The translations under genes were made by a program, and so were the position numbers. DNA of 64,000 bases from Candidatus Multivorans sp. Its GTDB lineage: Bacteria; Acidobacteriota; Thermoanaerobaculia; Multivoradales; Multivoraceae. The stretch covers positions 1,172,723 through 1,236,722 of the forward strand of contig CBDCVC010000002.1 in the NCBI GenBank assembly GCA_965222875.1, in the 5' to 3' direction. Shown here piece by piece: positions 1-8,975 of this stretch (positions within the stretch are counted from its first letter, which is position 1; every line of letters begins with the position of its first letter). The notes under the pieces are model-generated. The model was not told the DNA's origin and ran no database searches. It worked only from the letters and a program-made list of their open reading frames with translations.

Positions 1-103
1 TAGTCGACTGGGCCTTCGCGAACCGGAGGCCGACCCCGACCGACAGGACGAGGCTCGCCCCGACGATCAGGTAGTCGACGACGTGGAGGGACGGGGTGTC
101 CAT
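1..103 (-). CDS. Sodium:solute symporter family protein, N-terminus only (runs off the window)
   Basis: Minus strand from ATG at 103 reads MDTPSLHVVDYLIVGASLVLSVGVGLRFAKAQST, typical of the first TM helix of SSS-family transporters. Only 34 codons are visible. Confidence 0.6.
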   Translation of the reverse strand, partial: MDTPSLHVVDYLIVGASLVLSVGVGLRFAKAQST

Positions 104-155
104 GGGCTAGGCGGAGGTAAGCGGACGCCGGCCTTGCGGCCGGCGCGTCTGTATA

Positions 156-234
156 GCCGCCTGCGGCGGCAGCGGGTCAGAAGACCCGCGCACCCAGAGC
201 ACCGTCGTCGACGTAGCGCAACGCTCTACTGCAA
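156..234 (+). repeat. REP-like hairpin repeat, single copy
   Basis: gccgcctgcggcggc-agcgggtcagaagacccgcgcacccag, then 31 nt, then ctgcaa; the stem carries a compensatory T/A pair. Confidence 0.85.
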
Positions 235-238
235 GCTC

Positions 239-3007
239 CTAGAACGACCAGCGCATGCCGGCGTTGAAGGTCCGGCCGGTGATGTCGTACTGGGAAGCCC
301 GGCTCGCGATGCCCCGGTAGAGGTAGACCACCTCTTCCGTCAGGTTGTTCGCCTGCAGGAACAACTCGAGACCGCTGTCGAAGAGATAGGTGAACGAGTA
401 GTCGAGGTACATCGCCGAGTCGTTCCACTCGTCCGAACCGGCCTCGTCGCCGACCTCGCTCAGCCACCTGCCGCTCATGTTGAGGGCGAGCCGGGTCAGC
501 ACCCTGTTCTTCTCGTAGATGAGTGCCAGGTTGCCCACGTTCTCCCTCTGTTCCGGCAGCACGTTGATGTCGTCCCGGTCGGTCTGTTCACCGAGATCGA
601 TGCTCATCACGTCGGTGTACGTGTAGTTCGCGTAGATGCCGAAGCCCGAATCCCAATGCTGCTGCCAGGCGACCTCGATGCCCATGAGGTCCGCGTTGCC
701 GCCGTTGACCGGTTCCTCCACGTCGAAGCCGTCGAACTCCCCGCCGCGCTGGGTCGTCCCGGTGACGAAGTTGAAGTCGTCGATGCTCTTGAAGAACACG
801 CCGCCGGAAACGATGCCGACGTTGTCGAAGAACCGCTCGACCAGGAAGTCGAGGTTGTTCGAGAGCGCCGGCTCGAGGTGCGGGTTGCCCCGCACGATCT
901 CCTCGTCGTCCGTGTGGGTGTAGGAGAACGGCATCGAATCCCAGAAGTTGGGCCGGGCCATGCCGCGCGTGAAGGCGGCTCGCAGGAGGGTCTCCTCCGA
1001 CAGGGCGTAGCGGAACTGCAGGTTGGGATAGACGAAGTCGTAGGACCGCGACACGCTCTCCTGCGTGTTCCTGAGCACGTCGTCGTCATTGACCACGAGG
1101 TTCGCCGCCGAGTAGTCCAGGTCGTTGAACTCGCCACGGACGCCCACCAGCATCGTCAGTCGTCCGTACTCCTGGGTGGTCATCGCGTAAACGCTGGTGA
1201 TGTCCTCCTCGGCGTTGTACGGCTCCCCGAGGTTCACGTCGTTGCGCACCTCCTCCTCGAAGCCGCCCGGGCCCTGGTTGGCGTAGAAGAAGGAACGGAA
1301 GCCCGCCCGGTTGTACTCCTGGCCGAGGTTGTAACCGCCCTCGGTGAGGTTGGCGCCCCCGGCCTCGAACTGGTCGAGGAACAGGTCGTCATCGCCCTTC
1401 CACTTCCACTTCGAGCGCAGGTCGGCGCGTTCCTTGTGCAGCGCGCGGACCTTCACGCCCAACTTGAACTCGCCGGTATCGCTGCCCCACTGCATCGGCC
1501 GCGTCAAGTCCAGCTTGGCGGTGTCGATCGTGCTGGTCGTGTTCTCGAACTTCTCGTCCACGGCGTCGAACTCGAAGACACCGCTGTCATGGATGTCCTG
1601 CCGGGTCGAATCCCAACCCGGCGCCTTGCCGCCGATGTCGGTCACGTTCAGGTCGAACCCGCGGGCCTGGAACTCCGGCTTGAGCTGCCCTTCCGGCTTC
1701 TTGGTGAAGGCGCCGCTCGTCGACAGCGAGAAGTCGAGCACGGACAGACCCAGCCGGTGCTCTCCGCTGACGGCATAGGCCGTGATCTCCTGCTCCTCGA
1801 GACGATCGTGCAGGGACTTCACCAACCTCAGGCCCTCGACCTCCGTGGGGCTGATGTAGTCGCCCTTGTCCCAGCGAATCCGCGTGATCTGGCGATCCTG
1901 GTCGTCTTCGCGGTAGTTCTGCACGACGCTGAAATCGAGCTTGTGGTCGTCGTTGATCCGCACCTCGAGACGCGCGTTCGCGCCGAAGCGGTCGCGGTCG
2001 TTGGCCGAGAACTGTGCCTCCGTGTTCCTGAGCGCATAGGGAATCTCCGCGCCGCCGACGGTCTCCCGGTCGCCCCACTTGTGCTCGTTGTTGTGGCGCT
2101 CGGCCGCGGTGCGCGCGAAGTTGACGCCGATCGAGAATCCGAGGTTCTGGTTCGTACCCAATACGGTCGAGTAGTTGAACGCCGACCGCGAGTGGGTGCC
2201 GTCGGCGATCGAGTTGTCGCCCACGCCCAACGTGAAGTTGGTCACGCCGTCCGGCTGGTCGAACGCGCTCCGCGTCTTCAGGTTGATCGCGCCGCCGACC
2301 GAGTCGGCGTCCATGTCCGGGGTCAGGACCTTGGTCACCTCGATGCCGGTCAACTGAGCGGCCGAGATGACGTCAAGCTCGACCATGCGATTCGCACTGT
2401 TCGAGTACGCGACCTGCTGGCCGTTGATCGTGATGTTCGTCATCGCCGACGGCGTGCCGCGCATCGAGACGAAGCGGCCTTCGCCGTTGTCGCGCGTGAT
2501 GCTGACGCCGCTGACGCGCTGCAGTACCTCGGCCGTGTTCAGGTCCGGGAAGCTCTGGATCTGCTCCTCGGAGAGCACGTTCTTGATGTTGATGGCCTGC
2601 TTCTGGTCGTTCAGCGCCTTGCTTTGCCCGAAGCGGACGGCCTGAACAACGATCTCCTCGGCGAACTCGTAGCGGGCGTCGAGCTGGATCGGCAATGTCA
2701 CCGTTCCCGACGCGCTCACCGAGACGCTGGCCTCGAAGTCCTCGAAGCCGACGTAGTTCACGACGACCGTGTAGTCGCCAGCCGGTACGCCGTCGAGGCG
2801 GTAGCGGCCGTCGCTACCCGATCGCGTGCGGTACTGCGTGTCCTGGAGCTCCACCTCGGCGCCCGGAAGCCGTGCGCCGGATTCCTTCTCGGTGATCGTG
2901 CCCTGGACGGATGGGCCGGCCTGCGCCCAGGCCGTGCCGGCGCAGATGAACACGGCCAATGCCGCAAGGCCGGCACGGGTCAGAACGTTCGCGAATCGCT
3001 GTTTCAT
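239..3007 (-). CDS. TonB-dependent receptor
   Basis: 922 aa with signal peptide, carboxypeptidase-regulatory-like N-domain, plug motif (VLQRVSGVSI...GEGRFVSMRG, DMDADSVGGAINL) and C-terminal aromatic end (GMRWSF). Confidence 0.95.
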   Translation of the reverse strand: MKQRFANVLTRAGLAALAVFICAGTAWAQAGPSVQGTITEKESGARLPGAEVELQDTQYRTRSGSDGRYRLDGVPAGDYTVVVNYVGFEDFEASVSVSASGTVTLPIQLDARYEFAEEIVVQAVRFGQSKALNDQKQAINIKNVLSEEQIQSFPDLNTAEVLQRVSGVSITRDNGEGRFVSMRGTPSAMTNITINGQQVAYSNSANRMVELDVISAAQLTGIEVTKVLTPDMDADSVGGAINLKTRSAFDQPDGVTNFTLGVGDNSIADGTHSRSAFNYSTVLGTNQNLGFSIGVNFARTAAERHNNEHKWGDRETVGGAEIPYALRNTEAQFSANDRDRFGANARLEVRINDDHKLDFSVVQNYREDDQDRQITRIRWDKGDYISPTEVEGLRLVKSLHDRLEEQEITAYAVSGEHRLGLSVLDFSLSTSGAFTKKPEGQLKPEFQARGFDLNVTDIGGKAPGWDSTRQDIHDSGVFEFDAVDEKFENTTSTIDTAKLDLTRPMQWGSDTGEFKLGVKVRALHKERADLRSKWKWKGDDDLFLDQFEAGGANLTEGGYNLGQEYNRAGFRSFFYANQGPGGFEEEVRNDVNLGEPYNAEEDITSVYAMTTQEYGRLTMLVGVRGEFNDLDYSAANLVVNDDDVLRNTQESVSRSYDFVYPNLQFRYALSEETLLRAAFTRGMARPNFWDSMPFSYTHTDDEEIVRGNPHLEPALSNNLDFLVERFFDNVGIVSGGVFFKSIDDFNFVTGTTQRGGEFDGFDVEEPVNGGNADLMGIEVAWQQHWDSGFGIYANYTYTDVMSIDLGEQTDRDDINVLPEQRENVGNLALIYEKNRVLTRLALNMSGRWLSEVGDEAGSDEWNDSAMYLDYSFTYLFDSGLELFLQANNLTEEVVYLYRGIASRASQYDITGRTFNAGMRWSF

Positions 3008-3218
3008 GGCCCAGTCTCCCCAAAAAGATTGTTATGAGTTAGAGCACCCCCACTCGCCTGAGCAGGGGTGTTGATCGGTTCCTTCGGGAGCGCTATCGGC
3101 TCGAGTAGCTACCACAAACGCTGTTGGAGCAAGCTAGCACAGGGGGCCGCCCCAAGTGCCCTAGCGGACGGGAGATCCAACTGTATGGATACTGGCCCGT
3201 GTTCTTGAAGCCGCGGAA

Positions 3219-4067
3219 TCAGGGAGCGAGCGTTCTGGCCACCCGGAAGCCGATGAAGTAGCTCCGGAAGCGGGAGTAGATCTTCAGGCGTATGGCGGAG
3301 CGGAGGTACCCGGGGCCGCCGTTGTAGGCGCCGCCGCGCACGACCCGGCCCACGCAATCCCCGGACAGCCAGGCGCTTCCGTCCGCCGGGGCGCCCTCGT
3401 AGCTCCCGTTCCAGCAGTCCGCCGTCCACTCCCACACGTTGCCGTGGACGTCGTGGAGCCCGAACCCGTTCGCCGCGAACGACCCGGTCGGGGCCGTGTA
3501 GCGGTAGCCATCGTCCGGCCAGCCGTGATCCTGCTCGCCGTTCGCATGGTCGGCGCTGGGTTCGTCGCCCCAGCTATACCGGGTCGCCGTCCCGGCCCGC
3601 GCCGCGTACTCCCACTCCGCCTCGCTTGGCAGGCGGTAGTCCTCGCCGGTCACCTCGGACAGCCAGGACACGTACGCCTGGGCGCTGTGCCAGTTCGCAT
3701 TGAGCACCGGGCGAGTGCCTCGGCCCCGACCCTCGTCCCCCGCCTCGTAGCCCTCGCAGCCGCCGTCCGCGACGCAGGCGTCCCACTCCGCGAAGCTCAC
3801 CTCACGGGTGCCGATCGCGAAGGGCTCGGCGATCGTGACCCGGTGCGCGGGACCCTCGTCGTCGTAGCGGCCTTGCTCGTCGGGAGGTGAGCCCATGGTG
3901 TAGGCGCCGGACGCCAGGACGACCATTTCGGGGCATTCGGCGCAGTCGCGGAAGATGGTGCCGGGCTCGGGTGGGGCTTGCGCCGCGGCTGCGGCGTTGC
4001 CGGCGATCGAGGCGGCGGCGACGAACAGCAGCAGGCCGGGGCTGGGATGCGAAGCAGGGGACCGCAT
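3219..4067 (-). CDS. FGE-sulfatase (SUMF1/EgtB/PvdO) domain protein, secreted
   Basis: Motifs FRDCAECPEMV, RLPSEAEWEYAARAG, NGFGLHDVHGNVWEW, RVVRGG, GFRVAR; N-terminal signal peptide. Confidence 0.92.
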   Translation of the reverse strand: MRSPASHPSPGLLLFVAAASIAGNAAAAAQAPPEPGTIFRDCAECPEMVVLASGAYTMGSPPDEQGRYDDEGPAHRVTIAEPFAIGTREVSFAEWDACVADGGCEGYEAGDEGRGRGTRPVLNANWHSAQAYVSWLSEVTGEDYRLPSEAEWEYAARAGTATRYSWGDEPSADHANGEQDHGWPDDGYRYTAPTGSFAANGFGLHDVHGNVWEWTADCWNGSYEGAPADGSAWLSGDCVGRVVRGGAYNGGPGYLRSAIRLKIYSRFRSYFIGFRVARTLAP

Positions 4068-4140
4068 CGTTCTCCGGAGTCAGCGGGGTGGAGTCGGAGT
4101 TGCCTTGGGATCGTAGCGCCCGGAGGAAGGAGCGAGGCCT

Positions 4141-4350
4141 GCGGCCTCGCGCAGCTTCGCCCGGAAGCGGGCCAGAAGGCCCGCGCACCCAGAGCACCGC
4201 CTTGCCCGGAGCGGGAATCTCTACTGCAAACCCACCGCTCGCAGTGACGCCGTCACGGTTGCAGAACCGAGGCACGCTCACACCGCAGCGTATCTCTGGG
4301 TGCGCGGGCCTTCTGGCCCGCTGCCGCCGAAGGCGGCCAGGAACACGCGC
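4141..4350. repeat. Inverted pair of REP-like repeats
   Basis: Box A at 4168-4192 (+) and at 4296-4320 (-), each followed by 31 nt and ctgcaa; intergenic between two minus-strand genes. Confidence 0.88.
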
Positions 4351-4397
4351 GAGGCGTCAGCCTCGCTCCTTGCCCGACGTGGGCCTCCTGTCTACTC

Positions 4398-6980
4398 CTA
4401 GCCGCCCCACCGGTAGTTGAACCGCGCGTAGTAGTAGCCGCCGCTCAGGCCCCACGGGGTGACCGGGCTGTACCGCGAACCGAGGACGTCGACGAGCCCG
4501 GCGGGCGCGGACGAGACCACATCGAACATGTTCTGCGCGCCGATGGCCAGGGTCGTGTCCGCGGCGATCGGGATGCTGGCCTCGAAGTCGACGATGTAGG
4601 TCGAGTCCTGGACCGGCGGCGCGGAATCCACCCACAGCCGCGTGTAGTAGTAGTCGATCCAGGAGCCGTAGTAGCTCAGGCGGCCGAGGAGACTGACCGG
4701 CCCGACCTGCTGGTTCACCGCGACGTTCCAGCGAAGCCGGGGCACGCCGCGCTCGATGGCGAGCACGTCCGCGGCGCTCAGCAGGTCGGACTCCTCCGTG
4801 ACCTCGGTGTCGGTGTAGTTCAGGGTGAAACTGAACTCGGTGTCGCCGCCGAGGGCGAGCGGAATCCAGGTCGAGACGAGGTCGATGCCTGCGGTCCGGG
4901 TCGAGAAATCGTTGATGAAGAAGCGGAAGAAGGACAGGTTGCCCGCCGAGGTGATGCCCTGTGAGAGCAGCAGTTCCCGTTCCTCCGCTGTCAGCGTCAG
5001 GACCTGCGACAGCGAAAGCCGGTCGGAGATGTCGACGTTGAAGTAGTCGGCGGTCAAGGTGAACGGACCGGTGTCGATCACCAGGCCGGCGGTCGTGTGG
5101 ACCGACTCCTCGGGTTCCAGCGGCTTGCCGCCGCGCGGCCCCGCCGCCGCGAAGGTGGACGGCACGGTGGCGCTGTCGACCAGTTCCAGGGTCGTGGGAT
5201 CGATCGTGGTCTGCACGTTGAGCGCGTTCTGCTGCCCCGGCGTCGGCGCGCGGAATCCCGTGCTGACGCCGCCGCGCACCGAAGTGACGTCGCTCAGGGC
5301 TCGGCGGAACGACAGCTTGCCGTTCGTCGTGTTGCCGAACACGTCGTAGTCCTCGACCCTGAGGGCGCCGCCCAGGGACCACCGGTCGTCCTCTCCGTGC
5401 AACTCGACATCGCCGTAGACGGCGACGTTCTCACGGCTCCACGTCCCGGCCGTGTAGTCGGGGAAGCCGGGGAACCCGTTCGATGCGGGAATGAAGCCCT
5501 GCGCCGCGTAGGGGCCGACCTCCCAGGACGGCCGACCCCCGGCGCCGACCGTGAAGCTCTCGTCGCGCCACTCGACGCCGGCGGCGACGTTGACCCTGTG
5601 GGAGACGCTATAGGAGATGTCGAAGTTCAGGTTCACGTCTTCCTGGTCGTAGAGACCGGGGTCGAAGTCGCGCGGCGTGTCCGGGCCGAGCGACGCATTG
5701 ACGGTGTTCATGAAGAAGAAGTCCGATTCGTGCGAGCCGAAGCTGGCGCTCAGATCCCAGGCGAAGCCGCTGTCGAACTCCTTCCGCAACCCGGCGACGA
5801 TCGAGCTGTCGGTCACGATGCCGCCGAACTGGGGGGTGAAGCCGCCCGGCGCGATCTCCTGGAAGGAGAAGCAGTTTGGGTCGGCGAACACCTGGGCGAG
5901 GGCATCCGGGTCGGGCACGCTGTTCGTGATCCTGACCTCGGGACAGTTGGCCGAACCCATGCCCTGGGCGCGGAGGACGTCGCCGATCAGCAGCGTCTGG
6001 CCGCCGTCGAGGCTGTAGATGCTCTGCCGGGAGTTCGGATTCCGGAAGAAGAAGCCCTCGGTCATCTTCTTCTCGGCGAAGTTGGCGAAGCCGTAGAACT
6101 CGAGGCCATTGTCGGAACGGCTGCCGATGTTGGCGAACAGCTTCACGTCGTCCTCGATCTTCGGGTTGCCCCAGACCTGCGCCGGCAGGGCGACGTTGGT
6201 GTTGCCGGCGGCGATCAGCGCGGCCGCGTCCCGGCGCTGGACGCTGCGGTCGGTCGGGTCGGCGCCGCCGTACTCGAAGCTCAGGTTGGCGAAGCCGTTG
6301 CCGCCCATGGGCAGGCCGAAGTTGCCGGCCACTGTGTACCCGGCGCCATCACCCGCGATATAGCTGCCGCTGTGGAGCTCGATGCTGCCACCGGCGGCGT
6401 CATCCTTGAGCTGGAAGTTGATGACGCCCGCGATCGCGTCCGAGCCGTACTGCGCCGACCCGCCGTCACGCAGCACCTCGACCCCGCGCAGGGCGATCGC
6501 CGGAATGGTCGAGATGTCGGGCCCCTGCGCGCCGTCCGTCACGCCGCCGAACCACGCGACGACCGACGATCGGTGGCGCCGCTTGCCGTTGACCAGGATC
6601 AGCGTGTGGTCGTGCGCGAGGTTGCGCAGGCTCGACGGCCGCACCAGCGTCGCCGCGTCGCTGATCGGATGGGTCGCGACGTTGAAGGAGGGGATCAGGT
6701 TCCGCAACTGGTAGTCGAGCGTGGTGGCGCCCTGCCGCATGATGTCCTCGACGGGAATCGCGTCGATGGGGACCTGGGATTCGGTCACCGAACGAGGGTG
6801 CGCGCGACTGCCGAGGACGACGATCCGCTCCTCGAAGTGAGCGTGCTCCTCGGCCTCTTCAGCGGCCTCGGACTCGTGGTCGTGGTCCTCTTCCTGCGCC
6901 GCCGTGGCGGTCGGCACGAGCAGGGTGATGACAATGGCCGCCGCCGCCGCCAGGGGCAGATTTGTCGTCGTCCAGGTCAT
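4398..6980 (-). CDS. TonB-dependent receptor
   Basis: Plug motifs (LRNLIPSFN, LILVNGKRRH, IEVLRDGGSAQYGSDAIAGVINF), C-terminal YARFNYRW; RBS GGAGG before ATG 6980; His/Glu-rich linker after the signal peptide. Confidence 0.95.
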   Translation of the reverse strand: MTWTTTNLPLAAAAAIVITLLVPTATAAQEEDHDHESEAAEEAEEHAHFEERIVVLGSRAHPRSVTESQVPIDAIPVEDIMRQGATTLDYQLRNLIPSFNVATHPISDAATLVRPSSLRNLAHDHTLILVNGKRRHRSSVVAWFGGVTDGAQGPDISTIPAIALRGVEVLRDGGSAQYGSDAIAGVINFQLKDDAAGGSIELHSGSYIAGDGAGYTVAGNFGLPMGGNGFANLSFEYGGADPTDRSVQRRDAAALIAAGNTNVALPAQVWGNPKIEDDVKLFANIGSRSDNGLEFYGFANFAEKKMTEGFFFRNPNSRQSIYSLDGGQTLLIGDVLRAQGMGSANCPEVRITNSVPDPDALAQVFADPNCFSFQEIAPGGFTPQFGGIVTDSSIVAGLRKEFDSGFAWDLSASFGSHESDFFFMNTVNASLGPDTPRDFDPGLYDQEDVNLNFDISYSVSHRVNVAAGVEWRDESFTVGAGGRPSWEVGPYAAQGFIPASNGFPGFPDYTAGTWSRENVAVYGDVELHGEDDRWSLGGALRVEDYDVFGNTTNGKLSFRRALSDVTSVRGGVSTGFRAPTPGQQNALNVQTTIDPTTLELVDSATVPSTFAAAGPRGGKPLEPEESVHTTAGLVIDTGPFTLTADYFNVDISDRLSLSQVLTLTAEERELLLSQGITSAGNLSFFRFFINDFSTRTAGIDLVSTWIPLALGGDTEFSFTLNYTDTEVTEESDLLSAADVLAIERGVPRLRWNVAVNQQVGPVSLLGRLSYYGSWIDYYYTRLWVDSAPPVQDSTYIVDFEASIPIAADTTLAIGAQNMFDVVSSAPAGLVDVLGSRYSPVTPWGLSGGYYYARFNYRWGG

Positions 6981-7140
6981 GATGCGCCTCCCTTTCGCAT
7001 TCATGATGGCCGCGCTACCGCGCACGCCTGTACCTACAGGGGCTTGCTAGTCGACCAGGCAGTTACGGCTATCTCGTTAACTCTCGTCAGCAATCATACC
7101 CGGTACTGGGTGCACCAGACGGGGACGCCCACCCTCGCTG

Positions 7141-7290
7141 TTACGGCAGCTCGCTGCCGAGATCCGGGGCGGCGTTCATGAGCGCCCGCGTGTAGGGCTC
7201 GCGCGGCGCCTCGTAGAGCTGGTCGGCCGGCCCGTGCTCGACGATCCGGCCGTCCTTCATCACGACGATGTCGTCGCAGAGGATCTTGAC
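7141..7290 (-). pseudogene. C-terminal remnant of an oligopeptide/nickel-type ABC transporter ATPase
   Basis: ILCDDIVVMKDGRIVEHGPADQLYEAPREPYTRALMNAAP is the typical tail of DppF/OppF-like ATPases; no Walker A/B region upstream. Confidence 0.8.
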
Positions 7291-7377
7291 GTGAAAGCCC
7301 GGTCGAAACTTGAAACAATGTAACATGTTGGCGATCCACTGACCGGCGTACCATTTTCCAGGGCGGAAACACCACCT

Positions 7378-8109
7378 ATGACGACCCCCGAAGCCAAGAG
7401 CCCCAAGGCTGGCGGGCCGACGAATCGACGCGAAGCGAACGTAGCGGCGCGCCGGCAGCGCATTCTGGAATCTGCCCGCGCCCTTCTCCAGGAGGCCGGG
7501 CCCGAGGGTCTCTCGATGCGCAAGCTGGCCCGCCAGGCCGGTTTGAGCGTCACCACGCTCTACAACCTGCTGGGCTCCCGCGAAGAGATCCTGCAGGCGC
7601 TGATCCAGGACTCGGTGCAGCGTCTCGAAGCGCCCGCCGCCGACACCGGCACCGCCCGCGACCCCTTGCTCCGGGCGTCGAGAGCCATGGACGGCATTCT
7701 CCAGTACATCGTCGACAACGGAGACCTGCTGCGGCCGCTCATCGTGGCGGACTTCAGGACCGGCTCCTGGTCACAACTCAACGAACAGGACGAGGGAGAG
7801 CACTTCAGGTCTTCCAAGAACGCGATTCGCGCCGCGATCACCGAGGCCCTAGCCGCCGGGCAACTGCGCAACGTCGTAGGCCAACGGTTCCTCGAGGTGC
7901 AGCTCCATGTGGGCTGGGAGTTGGCTCTCGACCAGTGGGCATACGGCGCTATCGACGACGAGGTCTTCCGCCTCAAGAGTTTGTGTGGCTTCCACGTGGC
8001 CCTGCTCGCCTTCGCGGCGCCGCATGTCCGCCCCGGCATCGAGAAGGAGCTTCGTCGTCTCGAGCGCGAGCTCTCCTCGCGGACACCGCTCCGCAAGCCC
8101 GCCGAGTAG
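7378..8109 (+). CDS. TetR/AcrR family transcriptional regulator
   Basis: N-terminal HTH (RQRILESARALL...LSMRKLARQAGLSVTTLYNLLGSREEIL); divergent from the receptor gene. Confidence 0.92.
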   Translation: MTTPEAKSPKAGGPTNRREANVAARRQRILESARALLQEAGPEGLSMRKLARQAGLSVTTLYNLLGSREEILQALIQDSVQRLEAPAADTGTARDPLLRASRAMDGILQYIVDNGDLLRPLIVADFRTGSWSQLNEQDEGEHFRSSKNAIRAAITEALAAGQLRNVVGQRFLEVQLHVGWELALDQWAYGAIDDEVFRLKSLCGFHVALLAFAAPHVRPGIEKELRRLERELSSRTPLRKPAE

Positions 8110-8153
8110 CCGGCTTGGACAACCGCCTGACCGGTGGTGCCGGCCGTTGGCCG

Positions 8154-8885
8154 GCGCGTGTTCCTGGCCGCCTTCGGCGGCAGCGGGCCAGAAGGCCCGC
8201 GCACCCAGCGCACGATGGCGGTGACGGCGTGGCTCTGTTCTGCAACCGTCACGACGTCACCGCGGGCGCTGGGCTTGCCCCAGCGCGTGTTCCTGGCCGC
8301 CTTCGGCGGCAGCGGGCCAGAAGGCCCGCGCACCCAGCGCACGATGGCGGTGACGGCGTGGCTCTGTTCTGCAACCGTCACGACGTCACCGCGGGCACTG
8401 GGCTTGCCCCAGCACGTGTTCCTGGCCGCCTTCGGCGGCAGCGGGCCAGAAGGCCCGCGCACCCAGCGCACGATGGCGGTGACGGCGTGGCTCTGTTCTG
8501 CAACCGTCACGACGTCACCGCGGGCGCTGGGCTTGCCCCAGCGCGTGTTCCTGGCCGCCTTCGGCGGCAGCGGGCCAGAAGGCCCGCGCACCCAGCGCAC
8601 GATGGCGGTGACGGCGCGGCTCTGTTCTGCAACCGTCACGACGTCACCGCAGGCGCTGGGCTTGCCCCAGCGCGTGTTCCTGGCCGCCTTCGGCGGCAGC
8701 GGGCCAGAAGGCCCGCGCACCCAGCGCACGGTGGCAGTGACGGCGTGGCTCTGTTCTGCAACCGTCACGACGTCACCGCGGGCGCTGGGCTTGCAGTAGA
8801 GATCCGCGCGACGGGGAACGGCGTATCGCTGGGTGCGCGGGCCTTCTGGCCCGCATCCGGGCGCGGCCGCGAAGCGGCGCGCGAG
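8154..8885. repeat. Tandem array of 5 x 129 bp REP-like units plus one inverted terminal copy
   Basis: ttcctggccg recurs at 8161, 8290, 8419, 8548 and 8677 (period 129). Copies differ by a few SNPs. An inverted box A lies at 8829-8853. Confidence 0.95.
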
Positions 8886-8975
8886 TGGCGGTCCATCCCC
8901 CTCCCGCTCTGGCGTCGAGTCGTTACCAGAAGTCGACCTCGATGCGTGTTCCCTTCGGCAGCAGCTTCGGCTCCT

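Noticed and set aside
83-7181. Very long antisense ORFs (83-3037 +, 5097-7181 +, and similar ones at 12308, 20587, 24228, 44452, 47817)
   Set aside because: Shadow frames opposite well-supported genes, expected in high-GC3 DNA.
7300-7335. AT-rich aacaatgtaacatgtt as the TetR operator
   Set aside because: Only an imperfect palindrome with no second copy nearby; insufficient support.
8154-8800. 129-bp tandem array as a CRISPR array
   Set aside because: Units are near-identical over their whole length, with no unique spacers, and no cas genes are in the window.
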